Program-made: the position numbers and the translations under genes
Notes under the pieces: generated by a model
The model's database searches: none
The model's input: only the letters and a program-made list of their open reading frames with translations
What the model was told of the DNA's origin: nothing
Shown here: positions 13,668 through 26,787 of the stretch, piece by piece
How the letters are laid out: the number at the start of each line of letters is the position of its first letter
Numbering within the stretch: the first letter of the stretch is position 1
Source: Lingula anatina
Lineage: Eukaryota > Animalia > Brachiopoda
Direction: 5' to 3'
Assembly: GCA_051362555.1 (NCBI GenBank)
Contig: CM120644.1
Location: forward strand, 14,096,567 to 14,160,566
DNA length: 64,000 nucleotides

Positions 13668-14122
13668 ACTTAATATCCGCTTTGATTTTTTCTTGCTTAA
13701 GGGGATTCAATATAGCCACGATGTCAAAACTCATTGGGATCTTTTTTTTTCATTTGGATCCATGCTGTAGATAACTTAGGGCCCATTGACATTGAATTTA
13801 TAGACCTAGCTACTGTGCACTAACTCCACAGGGAGTCTTGCTGAATGCAACCAGATTAACACATTGACATGCCTCCTCTTGTTTCCATCATACTTACTAT
13901 TATAATCACCAGTTTTCTGTATTCTACTCAATGCCAGCATTTTAATGTGTTAATCTGATTGCGTTCAGCATGAGTCCCCATGGAGTAAGTGCTTATTTCA
14001 TGAAGCTAGGTTGAAAAATCCAGTGTGAATGGGCCTGAAGTTGAATATTGATGATGATGTAACAGAGCCATGAGCCCTGTGTATAAACTTAATATGATTC
14101 AAAGGTAACTAGTGTTATATCA
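13668..14122. repeat. Duplicated segment (RING intron), copy 2
   Basis: Matches 7254-7735; includes the GGCCCATT...AATGGGCC palindromic MITE at ~13780-14034. Confidence 0.85.
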
Positions 14123-14156
14123 ATTAAGCTAGGACTCACTCAAGATGGGTGGTTGG

Positions 14157-14196
<40 letters not shown>

Positions 14197-14599
14197 AATT
14201 TCTCCTTTACATTTCGCCTTTCCACGGATACTGACGTGCATGCATGGTTAACATTTCGATTGGTCATACAACATTGGTCAAAAAGGTTGTCCCACCCTCA
14301 TTTCTATGTACTTTTATTTACAAATGATCACCTCACAGCTGTAAATTGTTAGAAATAGTGCTTTTTATTACAGATACCGTGTCTAACATGATGAATGGTT
14401 AAAAAAATACAAAATAGTGGTGAATATATACACATTTTATACCATTTAGTAAAATTTATAAGAGGTACCCCCTCAAATCCACTGTTTCACTGTGACTTCT
14501 ACAGATTTAAAGCAATGTTTATTAAATTGAAAAGACGCCATCAAATGTCACCAAATTCACACACAATTAGCATTAGGGTGTGCTCGTTAAAGGTCACGT

Positions 14600-16060
14600 G
14601 CCTAACAGCTTGTGCGTCTACCTTATACTGCAATTATCTCCTGTAGACGGCGCGACAAGTCTTCAACACGGGTAACAATTCTGTTTTGTGGGATATTGTC
14701 CCATTCTTCTTAACCCTCAAGAGACCAAGCTATTTTACTGACTGAAATGACCAAGTTGGGTCATCTATGACCCCATTGTGCTCTGTACAGAGATCCTTAC
14801 TATAAAAGGCTGTTGAGGGTTTATCACACCTATACTACTCCCAGGATTTAAGACAAGTATTTTATAATGATCTAATGTAATAAGTATTTGGTAATAATAC
14901 TTTTATTGCATGGAATAACCAAGCACAGAGCTTAAGAACAACATTACACCGGTATTTAGACAGTCCTTGTCAGTTTCCACTTGCAGAAATATTATCTTTT
15001 TATTTGCCGCACTAAATGAAAAAAGTACATTACAAAATTACCTTGAGTAAAAATATTTTAACTTATGTTGTGATAGCATCCTGCTAACTTCAATAAGAAT
15101 AATTAGCTGACTTGCTAAGTATGGAATACCCTAATGCTGGTAAGGAAGTCATACTACTCAGAACACATTCAATCAACCTACATGTATGTTACTACCACAG
15201 CTGTGTATAAGACAAAATTTACACAAACAATTTGTTAATATATGTATAATATGATATCAACAGAATTCTTTAGATTTCCGAAATACCCGAAATTTGTAAC
15301 CGTCAAGTTATGAGAATAAGTTCCAACAAAGCTACGGAAATTAGATTCAGCGATGCACTATTAGTAACACTTCAAGCATAATCTTCACAAACCACATATT
15401 TGAGCCTATGTTTTGGGCACACTGGTTGGTTGCATGAAGCACATGCATGTGACATTTTCCTGTCAGTGTTGCGTGGGCAAAACATTTGAATAAAATTTAA
15501 AAACTAATATTTAAAAACCAATGCTTCTCTTTGGGGTCATAAATGACCCCACAAGAGTTTGTGATATATACGCCACACTAATTGGTTGATCCCTACAAAA
15601 AACTGTGAAAGTGTGTAGGATTAGTAGACTAACAAACTCATGCAAGGAAAGAAAATTCGAATAAAAAATAAAGAGATGGCACATTAAATCATATGGCTGG
15701 GGTCGTAAATGACCCCACTCGGTCACTTGAGGGTTAAACAAGTTGGGGGAGTTGGTCCATGTGTTTATGGGGTTGGTTCTCCTTTTCATTGCACACTCCA
15801 ATTCATGTCACAGTTGATTAGTAAATTTAATATCAGGGCTCAAAGATGGTGGTTCCATCCTTAGAGCAATGTGTTTCTACAACAAACCACTTGCCAAGCG
15901 CGAGGTGTGAGCAAGTGTGCAGTCATGATGAAGTCTGGAGTTAACCCCAAAGTCTGTTCTTGAAGATGGTGTGAGATATCAGCTGAGAATGCTCCGATAA
16001 GTGATCCCACAGGCACCTGAACCTGGCCATCCATCACTGTAAGGAAGTCGGTTTTGATGC
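14600..16060 (-). mobile_element. Degenerate Tc1/mariner transposase remnant, interrupted by a piggyBac element
   Basis: Minus strand reads SPDIKFTNQL*HELECAMKR (cf. SPDLNPIEHLW) near 15840-15780 and resumes across the insertion as EEWDNIPQNRIVTRVEDLSRRLQEIIAV*G (14709-14620). Boundaries approximate. Confidence 0.75.
14714..15733. mobile_element. Non-autonomous piggyBac-like element
   Basis: TTAA|CCCTCAAGAGACC ... GGTCACTTGAGGG|TTAA; subterminal palindromes GGGTCA-n-ATGACCCC at ~14758, ~15534 and ~15699. Confidence 0.9.
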
Positions 16061-16569
16061 AGAATCAAATTATTTCTTGTATCCCATCGATGGTCCAATG
16101 AGGGTCCATAGACATGTTAAAAAATGCCTCTTGGAAAGGTGTGTGTAGGATAATATCGCCTGAGGTGTTAGATCAGTCCGCATTTGGAGAACATTCGAAG
16201 CCCATGGTATTAGTACATTGTTCCTTTTGGAACAAAACGTAACAGGGGCATTTTACTGTAACATTCTCAACAGAAATCTCACTCCATTTGCAAGAAGTGA
16301 CTTCAGAGATGCTACTGGCTTCATTGTGGCAACGCACTTGCTCACAGCTTTCGTCTGGCAAGTGATTTGTTGAAGAAACACAGGGCTCTGAGGATGGGAC
16401 AACCGTATATCTCTTAAGAGATTTTAACAGAGTATAGCCATCTTTGGAGGTCACGTGGTATAAAGACAAGCTCAGATATCAGAATTATAGCTTTAACTGC
16501 CATTTTTGTGGTAAAACAGAATATATTATATTTCTATGAGTTATTTACAATGTTTTTATTGTGAAATAT

Positions 16570-17444
16570 AGATCTCATACGAAGATGACATGACAAGAAA
16601 AGGTAGTTTGAAAATGTAGACTGTAAGAAAAATGAGGCATTTAAAAATAGCTAAATACTAAATACAGAAAAAAGTGTGGTTGAAAAGGTGCAAGCCAACT
16701 TGCTTTGAAAAGAGGTTTCTAGACAAAGTATTATCAAGAATCATTACATTCACAACTGCTACTGTGTGAAACTACCTGACAAGCAATATAATTAACCTTG
16801 AATTTTCTAATTAATATTTATTTTCTTTCAGTTGTTCCCTTCCCCATTATAATGTTGATTTTTGTTTATTTTTTCAATGGCAAATAAATGCCTGCGCAGC
16901 TGTTTTAATTAGTAGCAATTTAAGTGCAGTGAACTGAGTGCATGCAATGAGCCAAAGTTCAATGAAAAATAAAAAAATTGTTACGTTTTAATTAGTTTTA
17001 CAGTGTCACATTTGTTGTTGGTTTGAATGCAACAAGGAGTTCTATCAGTTCCAAGTTCTGATGGAACTCCTTGAATACACCAAATTACCAGACAACAGTC
17101 ATGGCGTAAGCATAGCAATTTCAACTTAAAACTGACTTCTGAATAACAACATTAAACGAGCTAGTCCTACGGTTTATTAGGGGCAGATTGTGTTAGGTGA
17201 GAAAAAGCACACTTGTGGTTGAGACCACGTACAGGGGTAGTGAGTAATGTGTTCTTCATTTTGATATCTCTCTAGTTCAAAGAAAAGCAAATAAACTAAC
17301 CCGCACTTTACAATGTGTATCCTTTACATTGTACAACATATGATAAGACCCTATTCATTTGAAATTATAACTAGTTGTATTTAAAGAATATGGGGTTTAA
17401 AGTGGGGAATAGGGTGTACTTGTGGACAGATGGGGAGTCAGTGA
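16570..17444. repeat. Duplicated segment (RING gene 3' region), copy 2
   Basis: Colinear with 9060-10010. Confidence 0.85.
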
Positions 17445-17745
17445 ATGATATCTTGATACGCCACTTTATAATGGCTGCTGAGGAAAACTCACTGCGATAG
17501 ATGAATTTGCCTAAGTAGGGAATTGTGTCTGCCTGAAAGTCCGAGCCTTGATAATGTGCCAAAGGCAGTGTTGACAACGTCATATATCAGATCCTAAGAA
17601 TTCAGTTTTTTTAGTTGATTTTTTGTTTTTGTTTTATCAGAAAAGCAAATATGCAAAAAGTTTTCTTATGATACATGTAATACAAAAAATATTTTGAAAA
17701 AAATGAATGTAAGAAAATGTCATTTTAGTTACTGGGTATGAAATA
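17377..17745 (+). pseudogene. 3' coding tail and 3'UTR fragment of the TMEM70-like gene
   Basis: Translates YLKNMGFKVGNRVYLWTDGESVNDILIRHFIMAAEENSLR*MNLPK*, versus the parent YLKNMGFKVRNRIYLWTDGAPMNEVMIQQLMMTAQENSLRKKNSPK*; the UTR matches to ~28128. Confidence 0.85.
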
Positions 17746-18986
17746 TTTTCAGAATAGACGGACATATTTTTGAAGATAACAAAACTTAATTAACACAATG
17801 CTTAGACGACTGTAGGATAACAAAGGAATTCTGAAGTTCCGCGTTGTTACAGATTTATGAAAACGCCAGGTAAGTGCAAGTTTAATTAAGGGTTGGTTAG
17901 TAGGAGAAAAATATTAACCGCAGGAAAATTTGATAAGCATGTGTTATTTGCAAAGGAAAACTCTATACTTCACATTTAATAGAGTTTATAATGAGAAAAC
18001 ATTTTTATCTGCGTATGTAAGTCACGTTCTCTGCGGGAAGTCTAGGAAGTACGCGTACATGTAAGTCACTTATCCGTGCATCTTAGGCATTGCTGCAAAC
18101 GGTGCTGTCAAAATGCGGTCCAGTTTTGAAACGAGTTTTTTTGTACAAAGTGACTTAATTTTTACACGGGCATGCCCCCCCCCCCCCCCCCCCACACACA
18201 CACAAGCTGAAGCGACGTTTTGTAAATTCTCACACTGATTTCCTACATCTACGAGCTAACCCATCTCATCCTCGGGTCATAACTGATGGTTAATTTGATA
18301 ATTTATTGCGACTTAAATCCATGGGAGCTATTTGTTAAAATAGGACCAAATATATTCGGATCAGTTCAAGAAGAAGCAGTTTATTTACTTTATATGTGTT
18401 AAAAAATCCTACATTTTGAAAAGAAAAACTCTTCAGCATTGTTATTGTTAAGCGAAGCTGCAGTATATTTCTACAGATCAATATATAAAAGTAAAATGGC
18501 TTTATTAAGGATGTAATTAATATATTTAAATTTTGAAAATGTCTGTGAATTTCGATTTCAATCTGGCCTAGATTGATTTAAAACTCACCTAGACAAGATT
18601 GTATTTTCAATCTCTCCTAGGCGGATTTAAAATAAGCCTGAATTTCAATCCTGCCTGTGACTATATATTTACCGATTTCTTTGTAAACTTATATAGTGTT
18701 CAAATTTGTATAAAAGAAGCTTCCCGCAGAATTACTTCCCCACAGTGCTACTACTCTACCGGGGAGATTTCCCTTGGTGAAATGCGATACAAAAAGCATA
18801 ATTCTTATACTGCAAATCTTACTGTGAATTTAGATTCCGAACTTATACTAACTGTACGGCGCACATATTCTCTAAATACACAGCAAATGATAACTCCCTT
18901 TCCTGGATGTCACTTTTAAATGTATTGTTATAGTTGAGGTCCCTTGGTAAGTGTGTAATCATTCAACGCTATCATGCTGGTGTGGG

Positions 18987-19936
18987 TTACGCCTTGGGGG
19001 GACTCGTCGAGCTGGCAACCGGCCTGGTGGAACCCGTGCAGGCCACACCAACATCTTCATGATGACCACAGTTGTGTTTACCCCAAACACTGTGCCTACA
19101 AAATGCAATTTTATCTTCAGTCCCTGCGCATCCTACGTCATCTAGCCATATCTTGCCCGTACCTTGTCCGAATTTGGCTCTTTGGTACACGATTGGTTTG
19201 GAGGTCGGGTACCCCAGCTGTCTGCAGACTACCCCAGCATCTCTGTAGTCAAAACTGTCATCGCAGACTGTTCCCCATTCCCCGTTGTAGAAGATTTCCA
19301 CTCTACCCTCTCGCGAATTAGGTCCATTTGCCAAACGTATGGGCCCTGAAACAAAGTTCTTCTACACTTAATTTTGAGTTAATAAATTGGACTGGTAGCA
19401 GCTAATGTAATTTAAATGGGGTTAAATCTATTTTTCATAACTTTTACACAGTTCTTTTCATAAATGCTTTTTTTCAGTAGCAAATTAATATACAATCTTA
19501 CAATTTTTGGCTTATGAATCACACACAAAAACACACACTCATCCACTTACATACTTGTTCTCTCTCTGAGTATAAAAAGGCCTACAGTATTGCATATTAT
19601 AAGGGTAGAAATAGAGATTGACAATTTATGTTATTAACCTTAAAATTAAAATACTAAGAGGTATATCCTTAGCTGGTTGCTTTTCATCATGTGTGATCAA
19701 CATTTTCCCATTTTCTTTTAATAGGTTGTTGTTTTTTTGTCAGTATACATCTATAAAGAATATAAACAAATATTTCTGTAGTATAAAACATACTGTTTAC
19801 ATGTAGTTCCTTCCCACATTGGGATTTCTGTTCTCGTTCTACATATACTAACATATTTTTTAATTATTATGATAAGTAAATAAAAACCTTTTATATTATA
19901 GGCTTGCACAAGCCCCTTTCATAAATACTTGTATTT

Positions 19937-20011
<75 letters not shown>

Positions 20012-20757
20012 TTATTTCTCTTGAAATACAGATATTTCCATGCAGTATTCAAATACACGATGAAAACCCTAGTGTTCTTGCTTTCGACTTAATCTGGAAT
20101 CAATTGACGCTTACAAAATGGTATTAGTTTTCTAAAAACAAACAAAGAAGAAAAAATACAGGAGAATTAACTCAGCTTTGCAAAGAACAGAATTATATTT
20201 TTTTCATCAAAATGCAAACGTACTCAGCGAATGCTGAAATTTAAAAGCAACGCACCTGCGACTATTTGACTTAAACTTTCGGATGTTTGTTTCAACAGTG
20301 TGGACTGCTGCTGTAATTGCAGCTCAAGGCTCTGCACTTTGTTCGTCAGCAATGTCCTCTCTCTTTGTGAAGAATCTTTCAACTGTTGCAGCTGCTGCTT
20401 CAGTGTTGTCACCTGGTTTGTTAGCGCCACCTTTTCTGCTTGGGTAGAGCCGACGGATTGTATCCCATTCTTTACTTTCTGTTGAACGTCATGAAGAGTT
20501 TTATTAAAGCTGTTATCGGATTGCCGTAGCTTTTTAACTTCAGCAGTCAGGCTTGCATCCTTGATTCTGGCAGTGAACATCTCTTTACTTAGTACACCTA
20601 ACCAGGCTTTTACCCATGCCGCCAAGCCATCGGCGCCAATGTAGTTGTTAACTTTCTGCGTTGGGAGAGGATATGTTGGACTCGGCGTTACAACTTTTTG
20701 AGCGTTTAAAACACTCAACATGGTAACCGCTACCGCAAAAATTACGTTCCCCGTCAT
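18987..20757 (-). CDS. Secreted coiled-coil + group-A SRCR protein, copy 2 (286 aa)
   Basis: Exon1 20757-20256 (MTGNVIF...), exon2 19345-18987; same phase-1 intron; 6-Cys SRCR with Ser/Thr/Pro tail. Confidence 0.92.
19940..20010. repeat. (TA)n microsatellite in copy-2 intron
   Basis: About 35 TA units. Confidence 0.95.
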
Positions 20758-23228
20758 TTTAAATAACCCAAGCAGAATCAATCTAGAAAATACTAGCTTG
20801 ACTTCAAAGATGATCCACATACGGTACGTATGGAAATGTAATAAAATACGATATCATGAATCTTTATAACCTAAGACGTCATGTACCCCTAAGACACCAA
20901 CTGTTGTCTTTTATCTGATAATCCAAAATTAATTTTGTTGTCTATCCAAGGATAAGTCGCGTGTGTATGGAATTTCCACACAGTGCCGACACATTTCAAA
21001 TACCATGTTTATGTTTTCATAGTTATGCAGTTCGGGCATGACTGGTTCTTGATAAACTACGAACTGCAACATGTCTGTTAGATCGTCTGCCAAACTCACC
21101 CTGAGTTTCTTATATCACAGGACACCTTGCCTTCCGAAGCATGTAGGTATTACATTTTAGTGTCCAGCCATCCCCGAAACTCAGGGTGATAAAAACGGGA
21201 TGCAGCGCACACCCTAGTGACTGAGAAACCGATTTATGTTGTTTGGCCTCGCTTTCAGAAATACGTGCAAGGTATTACATTTTAACTGATAATCCAGAAA
21301 TTAATTTCATTCGTTTATTTATGTTGGGTTATTCTTTTTTTATCTCAAACTGAAATCGTGAGAAAGATCGAAACACAAGCCCAAATGATCATGATGAATT
21401 AGTTGAAATAAGTTGAAATGGCTTACGCACAGAGAGATGGACAGCTACGAATATGTATTCAGATTAATTCTAGTCATTTTGTTATTATTTTTTTTTGGGG
21501 GGGGGGGGGGGGGCAAGATTACTCGCTGACTAAACCTGTTTGTTATGGAGTAATAAACATATTACGACCCTATCTGTATTTCTCCATGTTAGAAATGTAT
21601 AACTGACAGTATTGTGTAGCCCAGGCTGTATACATAACAGGTTTTCATCATAGATTAACCATTGTGATCAATTTTGTAAAAGCATTGAAGATTATGAAGA
21701 TTATTCAAAAATATTATATGACGACCCGAATTTCTTTGAAATCGCACTAAGATTCCTTTGAAATCGCACTAAGTAATCAGTTCTCAGGGACGGATCCAGG
21801 ATTATTTGAAGGAGGGGAGGAGGGGGGTCCGCAGATGCGAAGCTAACCCTCCCCCCCCCCTTCCCCCCGCAGCGTTGGGTTCGGGGCCCGCTAAAGGGCA
21901 TTTTAGAGGGCGAACGGTGCCTTGGGTACGGTTTTACATGTAGAACTATGATTCAACTAGTCAAAATTCTAATTTTAAGAGGGGAATATTAGTGTGATTT
22001 TTTTTTTTTTGCAGTATGCGTGCCCGATATGTTTACCTGTATGATTGTAAGTTGACACTGATTCATCAACTTCATATTGTGATTCAATTTTTTTAGGTAA
22101 ATTTTTTTTGCATTATTCCATAAAATATTAAATTTCATATTTATTAAACCAATATCAGCTTTTAATATTTTTTGCCTGTACAAACACATGTTTATTAACA
22201 TTTGACGCCCAGAAAAAAAATCAAGAGATGAATAAAAAAACATCTTGTTTAGACAAAGTTTGTAAAATCTGCACGTGTTTATTTATCATTGGCGTTTTTG
22301 CATTCTCATGTCTATATCCCCCTCTCCTCTTCACCCTCTGACTGTTTCGAGTGCGGATTTGTTGTAAGGCACGTGTACCAGTAGTTCCCTCACATTTCAT
22401 ACAACATAAAGATGAGTAGCTAGATAATTTATTTCAATCATGAATGTGAGCAGAGACTACAAAATAATTATAAACACGTTTGGCACATGATTCTATTTCC
22501 GATCGTGACTCCCGTGTTGGCTTAGCCAAGATAAATAGTACACGTTTAAGTTTCCATTTATCTGTAACGGGGACTTTCTCGCGCATACATTTTGTCTTGG
22601 AACAGCTGGCTACACAGCACCGTACCCGCATCGCCCCTCCTCCCCCCCCCCCCGGTCCCCCCGAAACATTGAGGAACCGCAATAAGCATTTTAACCGCGC
22701 GCGTATTTGTGTAGCGCAGGCTTACATTTTGAATCATTCTCATGCTCCCTCGCTTTTTTTAAAAACCCTGTCACATTTATTTCGATTATATTATTTAATC
22801 ATGTTATAAAATAGAACTTTGCTGACCGAGCTCAAATATCGCTGCTTTCCGTTCTCGTTAACAGCAATATCGACATACGAATACCTAGACAAAAATACAC
22901 CTATGTACACATGGACTGCGGAGTTATGCAACACTGCATGCGGTAGTGAAAATATGGCCAACGGTGGCAATCTCAAAACATTGTCGTTTTGCGCAAAACA
23001 ACCCTGTCGCTATAAGGAGTACAGTTTTTAATATCTTTTACTTTACAGTACAAATAAGATTTAAAATTTAAACACTCACTGGGAAGTGCACAGTATTTTA
23101 AATTCATAAAATATCTTAGTGACTTACATTGAAACAAAAATATTGTCTTTCTCATTCTTCCCTTCTCCCCACAACATTTTTGCTGTACCAGTAGTTGGTC
23201 TCTCTTGAATGGTGTGTAAACATTCAGT

Positions 23229-24628
23229 TTATTTGCCTCGATAGGGTATGGGCCCGGATCCCAAATCAGTGCATGCCACGCCAATATCTTTTCTGTGACT
23301 GCAGTTCTCTATGCCCCAACCATTGTGCTTACAGAACCTAATGTGATTTTCGTTCCCAGTGCATTGTAAATCATCAATCCATATTTTGCCAGTACCTGAT
23401 CCGAATCGTTGCACGCGTATGATGTTGCCATTATACCCTAGTTGCCTGCACACAACCTTAGCATCATTGACGTCAAACATGTCATCGCAGACAGTTCCCC
23501 ATTCACCGTTGAAGAAAACCTCCAATCTGCCCTGAAGCGGAGATCCACCATTCACCAAACGTATGGGCACTGAAGCAAAATTGGTCAATAATTAATTCTG
23601 AGTATAGAAAAAGTACCAGCAGCAGTAACTTTAATGGGGTTTTGGAAAGGTCATTTAAGAGTAAATTTATTTCTCATGACTTAACAGGACCGAAGCCAGC
23701 AATTTCAAAAGGGGGGTTCTATTTTTCTGAAAAAGTGGACCTTTTCCCATTAAACCTTATTAATGTACCTAGATAAAATTTTATCCAGAGGGGACCTTTT
23801 CCCCCACAAAAAGAGGGGGTCTTTTCGAACCCACGGAACCCCCTGGCTACGGGCCTGCTTAATTTTTTTTACTTTAATTCATTTTTTTAATCATTTTGTG
23901 CGTTGTTTATACCAATGTAATTCTCAGAATAATGCGGCAAAGAACAGATTGTTTAAGCTACATGGCAAAGTCCTAAGTTTGTGCTCGCTTCCAAACTGAT
24001 GTGGAAAGAACACACTTTATTGAAAACTATTTAGAACAATTAAAAAAAAAGCGCGTAAAGCAACGTAATTAATTGCATTTTTCTACAAAAAATAAGCGTG
24101 AATGGTGAATTTTAAAAGTAACGCACCTACAAGCATTTGATTCAGACTATTGGATGTTTGTTGCACCAACTTGAGCTGCTGCTGTAATTGCAGCTCAAGG
24201 CTCTGCATTTCGCTCCTCATCAGTGCCCTCTCTTTTTGTGAGGAATCCTTCAGCTGTTGCAGCTGCTGCTTCAGTGTTGCTACCTGGTTAGTTAGCGCCA
24301 CCTTTTCTGCTTGGGTAGAGGCGACGGATTGTATACCATTGTTTACTTTCTGTTGAACGTCATGAAGAGTTTTATTGAAGTTGTTATCGGATCGCTGTAG
24401 CTCTTCAACTTCAGCCGTAAGGTTTTCATCCTTGATTCTGGCAGTGTATATCTCTTGGCTTAATACGCCCAGCCAGCTTTTTATCCAAGCCGCTAAGCCA
24501 TCGGCGCCAATGTAGTTGTTAACTTTCTGCGTTGGGAGAGGATACGTTGAATTCGCCATCACATCTTTCTGGGCGTTTAAAACACCCAGCATGGTAACCG
24601 CTACCGCAAAAAATAGGTTTCTTGTCAT
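23229..24628 (-). CDS. Secreted coiled-coil + group-A SRCR protein, copy 3 (280 aa, most divergent SRCR)
   Basis: Exon1 24628-24127, exon2 23569-23229 ([30 protein letters not shown]...); phase-1 intron. Confidence 0.92.
23685..23857. mobile_element. MITE, CAGG-terminal family, in the copy-3 intron
   Basis: CAGGACCGAAGCCAG ... CTGGCTACGGGCCTG flanked by CTTAA on both sides; homologous to 3637-3805. Confidence 0.88.
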
Positions 24629-26787
24629 TTTAAGTAAGCGGAGCTGGATTAAACTCCAAAGTAAGGTGATTCGCACAAGTGCGGAATTATGATAAAATTG
24701 GATATCATGCACCTTTATAGCCTAACCTAAGACGTCATGTACCTGTAGGACCCCGCCTATGAGATTATGCGCACGGTGTTCTCTTTAATCTGGCAACCCA
24801 CAAGCTATTTTGGTGCCTTGTTAAGGATAAGTAGCGTGTGTATGAGATGTCCACACAGTGCTGATGCATTTTAAATGCCATGTTTACAGTTTTATATTTT
24901 TCCATGATTGGCTTTTGATAAAATACAAGCTGCATCATGTCTGTGAGTCATCTGTCAAATTCACCCATAATTTCATATATCACAGGACACCTTGTCTTCC
25001 GAAGCATGTAGGTATTACATTTTAGTGTCCAGCCGTCCCTGAAACTCAAGGTGATAAAAACTGGATACAGCGCGCACCTTAGTGACTGAGAAATTGATTT
25101 ATGTTGTTTGGCCTCGGTTTGAAAAATACGTACAAGGTATTATAAATTATCATATAGGATAATCCAGAAATTGATTTCATTCTTCTATTTATAATCTATC
25201 TCAAAACTGAAAACGTGAGAAAGATCGAAACACAAGCCCCAATAAACAATCACGATGAATTAGTTTATTTATAGAAATCGCTTACTCACAGTGAGATGGA
25301 CAGCGACGAAAATGTTTTCAGGTTAATTCAAGGCATTCTGTTTTCTTTATTTCTTTTTTTTTTTTGGTGGGGGGTCAAGTTATTGCCGATGGGTGCCTTA
25401 ACCTATAAGTTGCCTAGCGCAGATCACACGCGGATATTCCGCCAAGCGACGGTCACATTAAGCCTGTTTGTTATGGGACAATAAACCATAATAACGGCCC
25501 TATCTGTATTACTTGAAATTAAAACTGGCAGTATTGTGTAGCCCAGGCCTTGTAAAAGTTGTCGTTATAGATTAATCATTGTAATCAATATTGTAAAAGC
25601 ATTATTACATGTAGGCCTACAGTGTAGGTCATATAGGCTTTTTAATGTGCTAGAACCCACAAGTAGGCCTACATGTATAAAGATTATCATTGTTTCCATA
25701 AACAAACGTTATTCTTACTTTCTTGCATTTACAACTTTTAAACATCATAGAAAACATGGCATCCAATGATTCCAGAATCAAAAATGTTCGCTACTTAATC
25801 TCCTTGTAAATAAACGTAGGCCTTCATGTATCTTAGCTATTCTCGCCAATTTTCTTATTTTGATTTTGAAGCATGCCTTCGTATTTTTTTTTTTTTTTAT
25901 TGTAACGACCACTCGTTACTCGATTAATTAGACAAACCGGTTTTGGCAGTCGTAGGTATAAGGTTCGTCATATGCCTATTTTAAATACATCTATGCATGT
26001 CCTAAGTACATGTGCGTCTCAAATGCATGCATTGACACTAGTACTACATGTACATGTACATGTGCGTACTGGGGGAGTAGCTAGGCCTACTGGTGCTACC
26101 GGTGCCCCAATTGGTGGGTAAAGTTATCTATACATGGCAATCCAAGCTGATAAGGAGAACTTTATGCAGATTATTCGCTGTAGATTATCTTTTATTTTAT
26201 GGTTGCTATTGGCATTTCCTCGCTCATTTTAGTTATTTCAGCGTATATACCAACAAAAATACTCTAAACTGAACACAATGCTTTATCTTGTGTGTTCATC
26301 TCATCTACAGCAATGTGCAATATTGCGATGTGGCTTGTCTTGCGTGTAGCTCTTTGGTTTTTAGAGAACGATAAATTCTCCATTGAGGACCGTGGGTGCA
26401 GGCCGTCTTCTAAAAGCAGGTGTGTTTTAGCTTTAAGTTTGACACCTTAAGGCATATTTTTTTACTTAATAAGCTCCGTCAGTTAATATTGTCTCGTAAT
26501 ACACATTTCTGGTGCGGTGTAACCGTGAAACTTGATTGCACGTTCGGCAGTTGAGTTGCATTCACCACGTGCGCTAATAATACATGTAATTTATATTAGG
26601 CTAAAAATGTGAAAAAAATACTTAAGTTAAATTGAACGAACTAAAAGCAGATTAAATGAACTGCAGTTGAGTAAAATATAATATAATTGGTAATTGTTTG
26701 TTAACTGCACAAACTTACTGGATCGTATTTTGGTATCCATACTTTCACCTGTACATGTACATGTCTTTTCCTGTCTCCTTTCCACAG

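Noticed and set aside
16173-16469. 98-aa Cys-containing ORF next to the Tc1 fossil
   Set aside because: No recognisable motif or supported splice partners.
26313-26419. Candidate first coding exon of the TMEM70-like gene
   Set aside because: Its donor is phase 2, incompatible with acceptors at 26787 (phase 0) or 26797 (phase 1); may be 5'UTR.
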